A stretch of 64,000 bases of DNA from an uncultured Solibacteraceae bacterium (GTDB taxonomy: Bacteria > Acidobacteriota > Terriglobia > Bryobacterales > Bryobacteraceae), in NCBI GenBank assembly GCA_964515165.1, contig CAZETQ010000003.1:50685-114684 (forward strand), in the 5' to 3' direction. How positions within the stretch are numbered: position 1 is the stretch's first letter; the number at the start of each line of letters is the position of its first letter. Below are positions 17,197-25,255 of the stretch, in pieces. Below the pieces are notes generated by a model that was given only the letters and a program-made list of their open reading frames with translations, was not told the origin of the DNA and did no database searches. The position numbers were made by a program, and so were the translations under genes.

Positions 17197-17679
17197 TCAT
17201 TTCGGCGAACCAGACACCGCCGCGAGGTCCTTCATTTCCTGGGAGCGGAGCGCCTGGCAATGCGCGCAGTAACCGCCAATCTCCGTGCGGGCAATCAAAA
17301 TCTGGAAGCCAAACGTTGCTTCCACCTGCCGCCGGATCTTCTGCAACGGTTCACCGAAGAACTCTTCCACCCGTCCGCATCGCAGGCAAATGACGTGCGC
17401 GTGTTCCTGCTTCAGGCGGGTTTCGTAATAATGCTGATCGCCGCCAAAGTGCATCAGGTCCAGCTCGTCGACCAGTCCGCCCTGCTTCAACATCTTGAGC
17501 GTGCGATAGACGGTCACCCGGTTCAGCTTCGGGTCCACCTGCTTGGCCATCTGGAACAGACGCTCGGCATCCAGGTGCTCACCGGATTTATCGATCAGAT
17601 CCAGCAGGATCTGCCGCTGGCGTGTCAGCCGGACCCCCCGCTTCTTCAATGAATCTTTGGTTCCGGCGGTCGTAATCAT
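17197..17679 (-). CDS. Fur-family transcriptional regulator
   Basis: 160 aa. RLTRQRQILLDLI..VTVYRTLKML winged helix. HAHVICLRCGRVEEF and CAHC provide two CxxC pairs. Stop lies 4 nt before the phosphatase start. Confidence 0.85.
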   Translation of the reverse strand: MITTAGTKDSLKKRGVRLTRQRQILLDLIDKSGEHLDAERLFQMAKQVDPKLNRVTVYRTLKMLKQGGLVDELDLMHFGGDQHYYETRLKQEHAHVICLRCGRVEEFFGEPLQKIRRQVEATFGFQILIARTEIGGYCAHCQALRSQEMKDLAAVSGSPK

Positions 17680-17765
17680 GAGGTCCTCTTTTACTACAGG
17701 GAAAGCCCTTTCTCGAATCTACCACTCATACCGAACAGGGTGGGCCTAAGCTAAAATCGGCGTGC

Positions 17766-18088
17766 ATGTTTGAGAAGGTTCTCGTCGCCAATCGCGGCGA
17801 GATTGCGGTGCGAATCATCCGGGCGCTTCGGGAAATGAAAATCTCGAGTGTCGCCGTCTATTCCGGCGCCGACCGCCCGTCCCTGGCCGTGCGGATGGCG
17901 GACGAAGCGGTTCATCTGGGAGCGGCGGCCTCCGCGGAATCCTACCTGCGGATCGATAAACTGATCGCGCTCTGCGGGACGCGGCCAGCGAAGCGGAACG
18001 AGCGTTCAGCTCCGGCCGCGTTTCTTCCGTCCGCGTCAAAGCCGGCTCGACCGTTAGTTCCGGCGAATTGCTGGCATTGATCGAATAG
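17766..18088 (+). pseudogene. Relic of a biotin-dependent acyl-CoA carboxylase alpha-subunit gene (N-terminal about 68 codons joined out of frame to the last about 25 codons)
   Basis: 17766-17970 reads [68 protein letters not shown] (biotin carboxylase N-terminus). Another frame, 18011-18088, reads [25 protein letters not shown]-stop (end of a biotinyl/lipoyl domain). Everything between is missing. Confidence 0.6.
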
Positions 18089-18110
18089 TGGGCCGCGTAC
18101 GCAAGGGGGG

Positions 18111-18153
18111 GTGGGGCGGACGATCGCCTTTTGTCGTTTTTCGTGATCTGCCC
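18111..18153. repeat. Conserved hairpin element, degenerate copy B
   Basis: GTGGGGCGGACGATCGCCTTTTGTCGTTTTTCGTGATCTGCCC. It shares the GTGGGGC left end and the CGTTTTTCGTGATCTGCCC right half with copies A and C. It sits exactly at the carboxylase-relic / TA-islet junction. Confidence 0.55.
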
Positions 18154-18242
18154 GAGCACAGGGACAGACCACTAAAAGACGATGGTCTGCGCCACAACAA
18201 CTCACGTGCTGTAGTGTGACGATGTATACACGTGAACACAGC

Positions 18243-18501
18243 ATGACTGAGATGCTTTCCATCCGAATCGATTCCGAAACGAAGAAGCGCCTCGATGTGC
18301 TCGCCAAAACGCTCTATGCGCTCCAAGTCCTTTCTTGCGGCTGAAGCAATCGCCGTATTTGTCGACTCCGAAGAGTGGCAACTCGGAGAAGTTCATAAGG
18401 GCATGGAGGAGTGGGATTCGGGGCAGACCGTCAGCCATGACAAGGTTTCCCAGTGGTTGAAATCTTGGGGCAAGGCCGGTGAGACAAAAGCTCCAAGATG
18501 A
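18243..18501 (+). pseudogene. Ribbon-helix-helix (CopG/ParD-like) antitoxin, frameshifted
   Basis: Frame 1 reads MTEMLSIRIDSETKKRLDVLAKT then stops at about 18344. The next frame continues RSMRSKSFLAAEAIAVFVDSEEWQLGEV...stop at 18501. Removing one A from the A4 run at 18306-18309 restores a continuous RHH antitoxin. ATGA overlap with the downstream toxin. Confidence 0.55.
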
Positions 18502-18773
18502 AGATCATTTGGTCGCGTCGAGCAATCCAGCACCTGGCTTCTCTTAGAAACGACATCGCCATTCAGAGCAGAACGCAAGGTTGCCGCAAAACCGGATATC
18601 GGAGGCCCGGGCGAGTTCTGGGAGCCCGCGAGATGGTCATTCCAAACAGCCCCTACATCGTTCCCTGCCGAGTTCGCCGGGAGCAGTTCGAAGTGATGCG
18701 GTTTTTCACGGCCATCAATAGTGCCCGACCGAGTTGTAAGCGCGCTTCCTCGGAAGCCGGTTGGTCCGGATGA
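18498..18773 (+). CDS. RelE/ParE-family toxin, probably degenerate
   Basis: 91 aa. MKIIWSRRAIQHLASLRNDIA and RPGRVLGAREMVIPNSPYIVPCRV match ParE-type toxins. The segment between these blocks looks about 20 aa too short compared with what I recall of the family. Confidence 0.5.
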   Translation: MKIIWSRRAIQHLASLRNDIAIQSRTQGCRKTGYRRPGRVLGAREMVIPNSPYIVPCRVRREQFEVMRFFTAINSARPSCKRASSEAGWSG

Positions 18774-18942
18774 TCAAGGTGCGGCAGAAGAAGTCCCAAA
18801 CAGAAATTGTTAATCCGAAGCGCCATTCCTACCCTCTGGCGAACGGTGTCCGCCGCGCGTGGATGACAAAGAACGATCGTCCGCGCCACGGATGAGAGTT
18901 CAGCTCAAGAATCTTATGGCCGGGAAGCTTACCGGTAACGCT

Positions 18943-19209
18943 CTACGAAACTTCTTTCAAGCGGCCGGACGCATACTTGTGCAGCAGACTGGCAATCAAG
19001 GTCTGGTACGGCAACCCTTCGATCAGCGCCCGCTTTTGGATTGCTTCGAGATCTTTACTTGAAATACGAATGTTCAGCCGTCGATCTTTCTTGAATGTGG
19101 CGTTCGCGTAGCTAGCATAGCGAGTTCGATCCCGCTTGCCGCCGGTGGATTTCCACTCTCCACGCTCGACCGATTCAAGCAATTCCTTTTCACTGGATTC
19201 CAGTCTCAT
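18943..19209 (-). CDS. BrnA-type antitoxin (CopG-like)
   Basis: ATG at 19209 gives an 88-aa protein MRLESSEKELLESVERGEWKS...RLNIRISSKDLEAIQKRALIEGLPYQTLIASLLHKY. The YQTLI-containing RHH C-terminus is typical of BrnA. ATGA overlap with the upstream toxin. Confidence 0.65.
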   Translation of the reverse strand: MRLESSEKELLESVERGEWKSTGGKRDRTRYASYANATFKKDRRLNIRISSKDLEAIQKRALIEGLPYQTLIASLLHKYASGRLKEVS

Positions 19210-19505
19210 GACTCGCCTCTTGCCAGATACTGTCGAGTAGCCTTGCGGCTGGGGATAATTGTTTTCAAAAAAATCTCGCGATCGTCTTCCACGAACGGGA
19301 CCAGGTACACATAGTCGTCGCATTGAACAACAAATATTTTTTGTCCTGCGTACTTCATGTGATTCGGGTGCTCCAAGACATCCAGTAGATCCCCTCGTTC
19401 GATATGAAATACGATCTCTTCGAATCCGATGCCTCGCTCGACATTGAGCCTGGAATTTTTCTGATCATCCCAAGCGAAATACTTCACTCTTTCCCAAAAT
19501 ATCAT
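19206..19505 (-). CDS. BrnT-type toxin
   Basis: About 99 aa from ATG 19505 (alternative 19526). FAWDDQKNSRLNVERGIGFEE and the C-terminal FLKTIIPSRKATRQY fit the BrnT pattern as I recall it. Confidence 0.6.
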   Translation of the reverse strand: MIFWERVKYFAWDDQKNSRLNVERGIGFEEIVFHIERGDLLDVLEHPNHMKYAGQKIFVVQCDDYVYLVPFVEDDREIFLKTIIPSRKATRQYLARGES

Positions 19506-19610
19506 GTGTGCCTGTTGAGCACACATTGTCGGCGAGCGGCCGGGTGACGGCGGGAAAGATCCGATTCATTCCTCAAGCGGGTCGAGCCGGACATTTCGCC
19601 GTAAACTCAT

Positions 19611-20381
19611 TTACGCGAACGCTGCCACCGAACGAATGCCAGCCAGTTCCAGGGCGACGCCCATCTTCTCCAGGGCGGCCTTATGGATCTGGGACACGCG
19701 GCTTTCGTTGATTCCCATGGCTGTGCCGATTTCCTTCATCGTCATATCGTTGGTGTAGTACATCGTCACGACCATCTTGTAGCGCTCCGGCAGGCTCTTC
19801 ATCGCGGCGCCGAGGGAGACGCGCATCTGTTCGTGAATGCAGATGTTGTCGGGGTGAGATTCCGGCTCGGTCGGAAACTCGGGGGCGGGCATCTCTTCCT
19901 GGTCGTGCTGCATGCGGGTGGACGCGGAAACCAATCCGACATTGCGCAGATCGACCATCATTTCGCGCAACCGCTCCACGGTCACGCCCATCTTGGTGGC
20001 GATCTCTTCTTCGGTGGGATTGCGGTGCAGTTGGGCGGCCAGCTCGCGCGTGATGGCTTCTACCTGTTTGTGACGGCGGCGCAGATCGCGCGATGCCCAG
20101 TCCGCCTGGCGCAGGCTGTCCAGGATGGAGCCCTTGATGCGGTGCTTGGCATAGGCGGAGAACGCTACCTTCTTGCCGGTATCGTACTTGGTGGCGGCGT
20201 CCATCAGGCCCATTACGCCGGCATGAATCAGGTCGTCCAGATCGACGTGCACCGGCAGATTCTCGTGGACGCGGATGGCAATCGCCCGGACGAGAGGAAG
20301 ATGCTCTACAACAGCCTGGTCGCGGAGGCTGTAGTCGGTGGCGGGCGCGGCGGCCATTGCAAGGGCGGGAGAAGCAGTCAT
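19611..20381 (-). CDS. FliA/WhiG-family (group 3) RNA polymerase sigma factor
   Basis: 256 aa. Region 2 (LPLVRAIAIRV..DLIHAGVMGLMDAATKYD), region 3, and the region 4.2 HTH (MTMKEIGTAMGINESRVSQIHKAALEKM). Confidence 0.85.
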   Translation of the reverse strand: MTASPALAMAAAPATDYSLRDQAVVEHLPLVRAIAIRVHENLPVHVDLDDLIHAGVMGLMDAATKYDTGKKVAFSAYAKHRIKGSILDSLRQADWASRDLRRRHKQVEAITRELAAQLHRNPTEEEIATKMGVTVERLREMMVDLRNVGLVSASTRMQHDQEEMPAPEFPTEPESHPDNICIHEQMRVSLGAAMKSLPERYKMVVTMYYTNDMTMKEIGTAMGINESRVSQIHKAALEKMGVALELAGIRSVAAFA

Positions 20382-20556
20382 GCCCTCCTAAAAGCACTGC
20401 CTTTGCCAACCTTGAAAACATCTGTAATCTATTGGAACAATAGCTACTTCCGGATGACAGGAAAATTGAGCGAACGTTCCAAATAGGATTTTGGAGACCG
20501 TTCTGAAACGTCGATTCCAAAACGGGACGAGAAACGCAAACGAATGTAAAATTGCG

Positions 20557-20585
20557 TTGACTTTTGTAAAAATCAAACGTATATT
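20557..20585 (+). promoter_or_regulatory. Sigma-70-type promoter of the TetR-efflux operon
   Basis: TTGACT (20557-20562), 17-nt spacer, TATATT (20580-20585). The -10 ends 12 nt before the TTG start at 20598, which implies a leaderless or near-leaderless mRNA. Confidence 0.5.
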
Positions 20586-20587
20586 TA

Positions 20588-20599
20588 AAACGATCGTTT
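20588..20599. promoter_or_regulatory. Candidate TetR operator palindrome AAACGATCGTTT
   Basis: Perfect 12-nt palindrome overlapping the predicted transcription start and the start codon. It is nested in TCAAACG (20573-20579) - N15 - CGTTTGA (20595-20601). Confidence 0.4.
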
Positions 20600-21248
20600 G
20601 AGGCGCGAAAACCAAAAAGATACCAAGGCCCGGATTCTTTCCGTCGCGACGACGCTGTTTGCAAAGAAGGGGTACGACGCCACTTCACTTCGAGACATCA
20701 CGACGGAAGCCGATGTGAATCTCGCTTCGGTGAACTATCATTTCCGGGCGAAGGAAGATCTTTTTTGTGCCGCGATCGAACGGATCCTCGCGCCCACCTC
20801 GGCACGGCGGCTGGCCTTGCTGGAACAACTGCAGCAATCCGGCCGCATCAGCCTGGAAGGCGTGCTGGACGCATTCTTCCGCCCGATCGTGGAGGTGGGC
20901 CATCTTCCCGACGGCACTCGGGCGTCCTTTCTCCCGCTACTGGGACGCTTTTTTACGGAACGCCCGGATTTGATCGAACGTGTTTTTCGCACGCATCTTT
21001 TCCCGGTGGGTCAACGTTATCTCGCAATCCTGAGCGAGCTTCTTCCGCATCTGGATGCGGTGGAACTCGGCTGGAGGTTCCATTTCATGATTGGCACTTT
21101 GACGCACACTCTTTCGGCGGAGCAGTTTCTTCTTGGCATCACGAATGGCGCCGCGGACCCCGCGGATGTCGATGCGGTGGTCGCCCGGATGGTGGCATTC
21201 AGCGCTGGCGGGCTGCGTGCGGCAGTCCCGGAGTTGGCGCATGAATAA
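20598..21248 (+). CDS. TetR/AcrR-family transcriptional regulator
   Basis: 216 aa, TTG start. N-terminal HTH ARILSVATTLFAKKGYDATSLRDITTEADVNLASVNYHF. Overlaps the following TolC gene by 8 nt. Confidence 0.85.
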   Translation: MRRENQKDTKARILSVATTLFAKKGYDATSLRDITTEADVNLASVNYHFRAKEDLFCAAIERILAPTSARRLALLEQLQQSGRISLEGVLDAFFRPIVEVGHLPDGTRASFLPLLGRFFTERPDLIERVFRTHLFPVGQRYLAILSELLPHLDAVELGWRFHFMIGTLTHTLSAEQFLLGITNGAADPADVDAVVARMVAFSAGGLRAAVPELAHE

Positions 21249-22563
21249 GCGTATTTTCTTCGCAGGTCTTCTTTCGGCCGTCGTCGCCGCGCAGGAAAAG
21301 CCGGTGATGGAGCTGAGTTTGAAGCAGGCTGTCGAGATTGCTCTTGCTCCCGATGGCGCGACTCGCGCGCGGCTGGCGAGGGAGAGTGTTACCAACGCGA
21401 AAGCACAGCAGCGGGAGGCGTTGGGATATCTGCTGCCAAATATCGACGGCTACGCGGGCTACTCCCGGCAGACGGTCAACTTGAAGGCGTTCGGTTTGAG
21501 CTTCAGCATTCCCGGTTTTGGCGAGACTCCCACACTGGTGGGCCCGTTTAGCGTTTTCGATCTGCGGGGTCAGGTGACGCAGTCCGTTTTCGACCTGTCG
21601 GCCATCGATCGCTATCGGGCTCGCGTGCAGATGTCGGCGGAGGCAAGGCAGGAAAAGGACCGTGCCGAGCAGCTCGTGATGGAGCGCGTTGCCCGTGCTT
21701 ACCTGACCGCCTTGCGCGCGCAGGCGAATGTCGATGCGTCGAAGGCAAACGTGACGCTGGCGGAGGCGCTGGTAAAGCTCGCCCAATCGCAGAAGAACGC
21801 CGGAACCGGGACGGGGATTGAAGTGACGCGCGCTTCTGTACAGTTAGCGAACGAACAGCAGCACCTGGTGGCCTCCGAGAACGACTACCAGCTGGCGGTC
21901 CTGGGACTGCTTCGCGAAATCGGCGGGAGTCTCGATACCAGCGTCAAGCTGACGGACTCTATGAATTACAAGGTCATCGCTCCGGAGCCGGTAGAGACCG
22001 CGATCCAGCAGGCGATGAAGGACCGGGCGGACTTTCTAGCGCAGCAGACGCGAGAATCGGCGGCCAAGACGAATTACGACTCGGTGAAATGGGAGCGGCT
22101 GCCGTCACTGGGAATCTCCGGCGACTACGGCACGATCGGGCCGGGGTTCTCGAACGCCATTCCGACATGGAAAGCGCAAGCAACATTGCGTGTGCCGATC
22201 TATGACGGGGGGCGCCGGGATGCTCGCCGGGCGGAAGCGGCGTCGGCTCTGCGTTCCGAGCAGATCCGCTCCCGCGACCTGAAGCAGCAGGTGGAACTGG
22301 AACTCCGTACGGCTTTGAAGGAGCTGCAATCGGCAGAGGCTCAAATGAAGGCTGCGCAGGAGGGCTTGGGCCTCTCGAACAACGAACTGGCGCAAGCCCG
22401 GCGCCGCTACGAGGCGGGGATTACCAACTCATTGGAAGTGACCGATGCGCAGACGCGGCTGGCGCGGGCGCGCGACAACTACACGATTGCTTTGTATGGA
22501 CACAATGTGGCGCGGTTGGATCTGCAATCCGCCATGGGCTTGATTGGACAGCTCGTTCAGTAA
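21241..22563 (+). CDS. TolC-family outer-membrane efflux protein
   Basis: ATG at 21241 gives signal peptide MNKRIFFAGLLSAVVAAQ. Two repeated coiled-coil/beta halves typical of OEP/TolC. Confidence 0.85.
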   Translation: MNKRIFFAGLLSAVVAAQEKPVMELSLKQAVEIALAPDGATRARLARESVTNAKAQQREALGYLLPNIDGYAGYSRQTVNLKAFGLSFSIPGFGETPTLVGPFSVFDLRGQVTQSVFDLSAIDRYRARVQMSAEARQEKDRAEQLVMERVARAYLTALRAQANVDASKANVTLAEALVKLAQSQKNAGTGTGIEVTRASVQLANEQQHLVASENDYQLAVLGLLREIGGSLDTSVKLTDSMNYKVIAPEPVETAIQQAMKDRADFLAQQTRESAAKTNYDSVKWERLPSLGISGDYGTIGPGFSNAIPTWKAQATLRVPIYDGGRRDARRAEAASALRSEQIRSRDLKQQVELELRTALKELQSAEAQMKAAQEGLGLSNNELAQARRRYEAGITNSLEVTDAQTRLARARDNYTIALYGHNVARLDLQSAMGLIGQLVQ

Positions 22564-22575
22564 CCGGAGGACCTG

Positions 22576-23745
22576 ATGAAACGAATAATTCCCGTCCTGA
22601 TTCTGATTGCCGTGGCGATTGGCGGTTACCTGTGGTGGCGCAACGCGCACCGGGAAGATCCGAACCGCGTGGTCCTCTCCGGCAACCTGGAACTGAAGCA
22701 ATACGAGATCAGCTTTAAGACTGCGGGACGCCTGGTCGAGTTGAATGCTGAGGAAGGCGACAACGTTAAGAAGGGAATGCTGCTGGCCAAGATCGATCCC
22801 GATCAGATCGTACAGACGCGGGATCGCGAAATGGCTTCGACTCGGGTAGCGGAAAGCCAGTTGGCGCAGATCCATGCTGCGGTCGCATATCAGCGGGAAT
22901 CGAACGCGGGTGAGCTGGAGCTGCGCAAAGCGGAACTGGCGCAGGCACAAGCCAAGTTGAATGAACTGCTGGCCGGCAGCCGCCCGCAGGAGATTCAGCA
23001 GGCGCGCGCAGCCGTGGCGGATGCCCGTAGCTGGCAGGCGCAAGCCAAGGAAGATTGGGACCGGGCGGAGCAGTTATTCAAGAACGACGACATTTCGCGC
23101 TCGCAGTACGACCAGTTTCGAGCGAAGCTCGATTCCACCCGCGCGAACTTGCAGCAGGCGGAACAGAAGCTCGGAATGGTGGAAGAGGGTCCGCGAAAGG
23201 AAGACATTGCGGCTGGGCGGGCGAATGTCGAGCGCGCCCAGGCGGCCATCAAGCTGGCGGAGGCGATGCGGCTATCTCTTCGCCAGAAAGAACTGGAGCT
23301 GGATGCGCGTCGAGCGGATATTCAGCGGGCGAAGATGAACGTCGCCGTCTACCAGATTCAAATCGATGACACGCAGGTCGGCTCTCCGGCAGACGGCGTC
23401 GTCCTGGTGCGCTCTGCCGAGCCTGGTGAGGTGATCGCCGCCGGAACCAGCGTGCTGACCGTCGGAGACATTGAGCGTCCCTGGCTTCGCGGATACATCA
23501 GCGAGACTCAGCTGGGACGGGTGAAGCTGGGACAGAAGGTGAAGTTGACCACCGACTCCTATCCCGGCAAGGAGTATTGGGGCCGCGTTTCGTTCATCGC
23601 CTCGCAAGCCGAGTTCACTCCGAAACAAATCCAGACGAAAGAAGAACGGGTGAAGCTGGTGTACCGCGTGAAGATCGACGTGGATAACAAGTCTCGCGAA
23701 CTGAAGTCGAATATGCCGGTCGATGCGGAGATCGTTCTGGAGTAG
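22576..23745 (+). CDS. HlyD/YbhG-family periplasmic adaptor subunit
   Basis: 389 aa. N-terminal TM anchor IIPVLILIAVAIGGYLWW, long coiled-coil centre, C-terminal beta-barrel. Confidence 0.85.
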   Translation: MKRIIPVLILIAVAIGGYLWWRNAHREDPNRVVLSGNLELKQYEISFKTAGRLVELNAEEGDNVKKGMLLAKIDPDQIVQTRDREMASTRVAESQLAQIHAAVAYQRESNAGELELRKAELAQAQAKLNELLAGSRPQEIQQARAAVADARSWQAQAKEDWDRAEQLFKNDDISRSQYDQFRAKLDSTRANLQQAEQKLGMVEEGPRKEDIAAGRANVERAQAAIKLAEAMRLSLRQKELELDARRADIQRAKMNVAVYQIQIDDTQVGSPADGVVLVRSAEPGEVIAAGTSVLTVGDIERPWLRGYISETQLGRVKLGQKVKLTTDSYPGKEYWGRVSFIASQAEFTPKQIQTKEERVKLVYRVKIDVDNKSRELKSNMPVDAEIVLE

Positions 23746-23747
23746 CG

Positions 23748-24479
23748 ATGGCGAACGCGATTGAGTTGGAGAACGTCACCCGGTCCTTCGGCGAGCTGAA
23801 GGCCGTCGACTCTCTCTCGATCCGCGTCGAAGAAGGAGAAGTCTTCGGCTTAGTCGGGCCGGATGGGGCAGGGAAGACCACGACGCTGCGAATGATTTGC
23901 GGTCTGCTTGATCCGACGTCCGGCAGCGTGAAGGTCGAAGGAGACGAAGTTTCCGCCAATATCGACAAGGTCAAGGACAAGATCGGCTATATGGCGCAGC
24001 GGTTCGGTCTCTACCAGGATCTGACTGTCGAAGAGAACATGGTCTTCTACGCCGATCTGTTTGGAGTGACGGGAGCCGAGCGCGACGCGCTGATGAAGCG
24101 GCTGCTGGAAATGACGCGCATGGCCCAATTCCGGGAGCGGCCGGCGGGAAAGCTCTCTGGCGGGATGAAGCAGAAGCTGGCGTTGATGTGCACGCTGCTG
24201 CACCATCCGAAGATTCTGTTTCTGGATGAGCCGACCAACGGCGTGGACCCGGTTTCCCGCCGCGACTTCTGGGAAATCCTGAAGGAACTGGTGGCTGGTG
24301 GGATGACGCTCTTCATCACGACTGCCTACCTCGATGAAGCCGAGCGCTGCAATCGTGTCGGGCTGCTCCACAAAGGCAAGCTGATTCGCTGCGAGTCTCC
24401 GGACAAGCTGAAAGCCGAGTTTGACGCCAAAACCTTGGAAGACGCCTTCATTGCCGCCATCCAGAGAGAAGCCGCATGA
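23748..24479 (+). CDS. ABC transporter ATP-binding protein (first of two)
   Basis: Walker A GPDGAGKTT, signature LSGGMKQKL, Walker B ILFLDEPT. Confidence 0.9.
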   Translation: MANAIELENVTRSFGELKAVDSLSIRVEEGEVFGLVGPDGAGKTTTLRMICGLLDPTSGSVKVEGDEVSANIDKVKDKIGYMAQRFGLYQDLTVEENMVFYADLFGVTGAERDALMKRLLEMTRMAQFRERPAGKLSGGMKQKLALMCTLLHHPKILFLDEPTNGVDPVSRRDFWEILKELVAGGMTLFITTAYLDEAERCNRVGLLHKGKLIRCESPDKLKAEFDAKTLEDAFIAAIQREAA

Positions 24480-25255
24480 GCGCTCCGAATCAGAACGGTC
24501 CGGCTGTCGTCATCGAGAATCTGACGAAGCGATTCGGGGATTTCACCGCAGTCGATCAGGTCAATCTCACGGTCGAACGCGGCGAGATCTTCGGGTTCCT
24601 GGGGCCTAACGGAGCGGGAAAATCGACGACCATCCGAATTCTATGCGGACTTCTGGCGCCCACCGAAGGAAAAGCTACTGTTCACGGGTATGACGTAGCA
24701 ACCGAGCCGGAGCTGGTGAAGCAGTCGATCGGTTACATGTCGCAGAAGTTCTCGCTGTATGACGACCTGACGGTCGAAGAAAACATCGATTTCTTTTCCG
24801 GAGTCTATGGCGTTCCTCCGGAGAAGCGGCAGGAGCGCAAGGAATTCGCGTTGAAGATGGCCGGAATCACCGATCGCCGTTCCGACATGACAAGATTGCT
24901 GGCGGGTGGCTACAAGCAGCGGCTGGCATTGGGATGCGCGATCCTGCATGAACCGCCGATCGTCTTCCTGGACGAGCCCACTTCGGGAGTGGATCCCATC
25001 GCCCGGCGCGGGTTCTGGGATTTGATCTACCAGCTTTCGGCCGCCGGCAAGACGGTTTTCGTTACCACGCACTACATGCAGGAGGCCGAATACTGTCATC
25101 GCATCTCGCTGATGTACGCGGGAAAAATGATCGCGCTGGGATCTCCCAAGGAGCTGCGCGAGGACTTGGCGAAGCGGAACTCGAAATATGAATCGCCCAC
25201 GATGGAAGACGTTTTCATAGAAACCATTGAAGAGGCGGAGGCGGCGCGGAAATGA
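24476..25255 (+). CDS. ABC transporter ATP-binding protein (second of two)
   Basis: Walker A GPNGAGKSTT, signature LAGGYKQRL, Walker B IVFLDEPT. 4-nt overlaps on both sides. Confidence 0.9.
   Translation: MSAPNQNGPAVVIENLTKRFGDFTAVDQVNLTVERGEIFGFLGPNGAGKSTTIRILCGLLAPTEGKATVHGYDVATEPELVKQSIGYMSQKFSLYDDLTVEENIDFFSGVYGVPPEKRQERKEFALKMAGITDRRSDMTRLLAGGYKQRLALGCAILHEPPIVFLDEPTSGVDPIARRGFWDLIYQLSAAGKTVFVTTHYMQEAEYCHRISLMYAGKMIALGSPKELREDLAKRNSKYESPTMEDVFIETIEEAEAARK

Noticed and set aside
17766-18080. 104-aa ORF as a genuine short protein
   Set aside because: Only the first 68 or so residues resemble biotin carboxylase. The rest is out-of-frame read-through of a biotinyl-domain tail.
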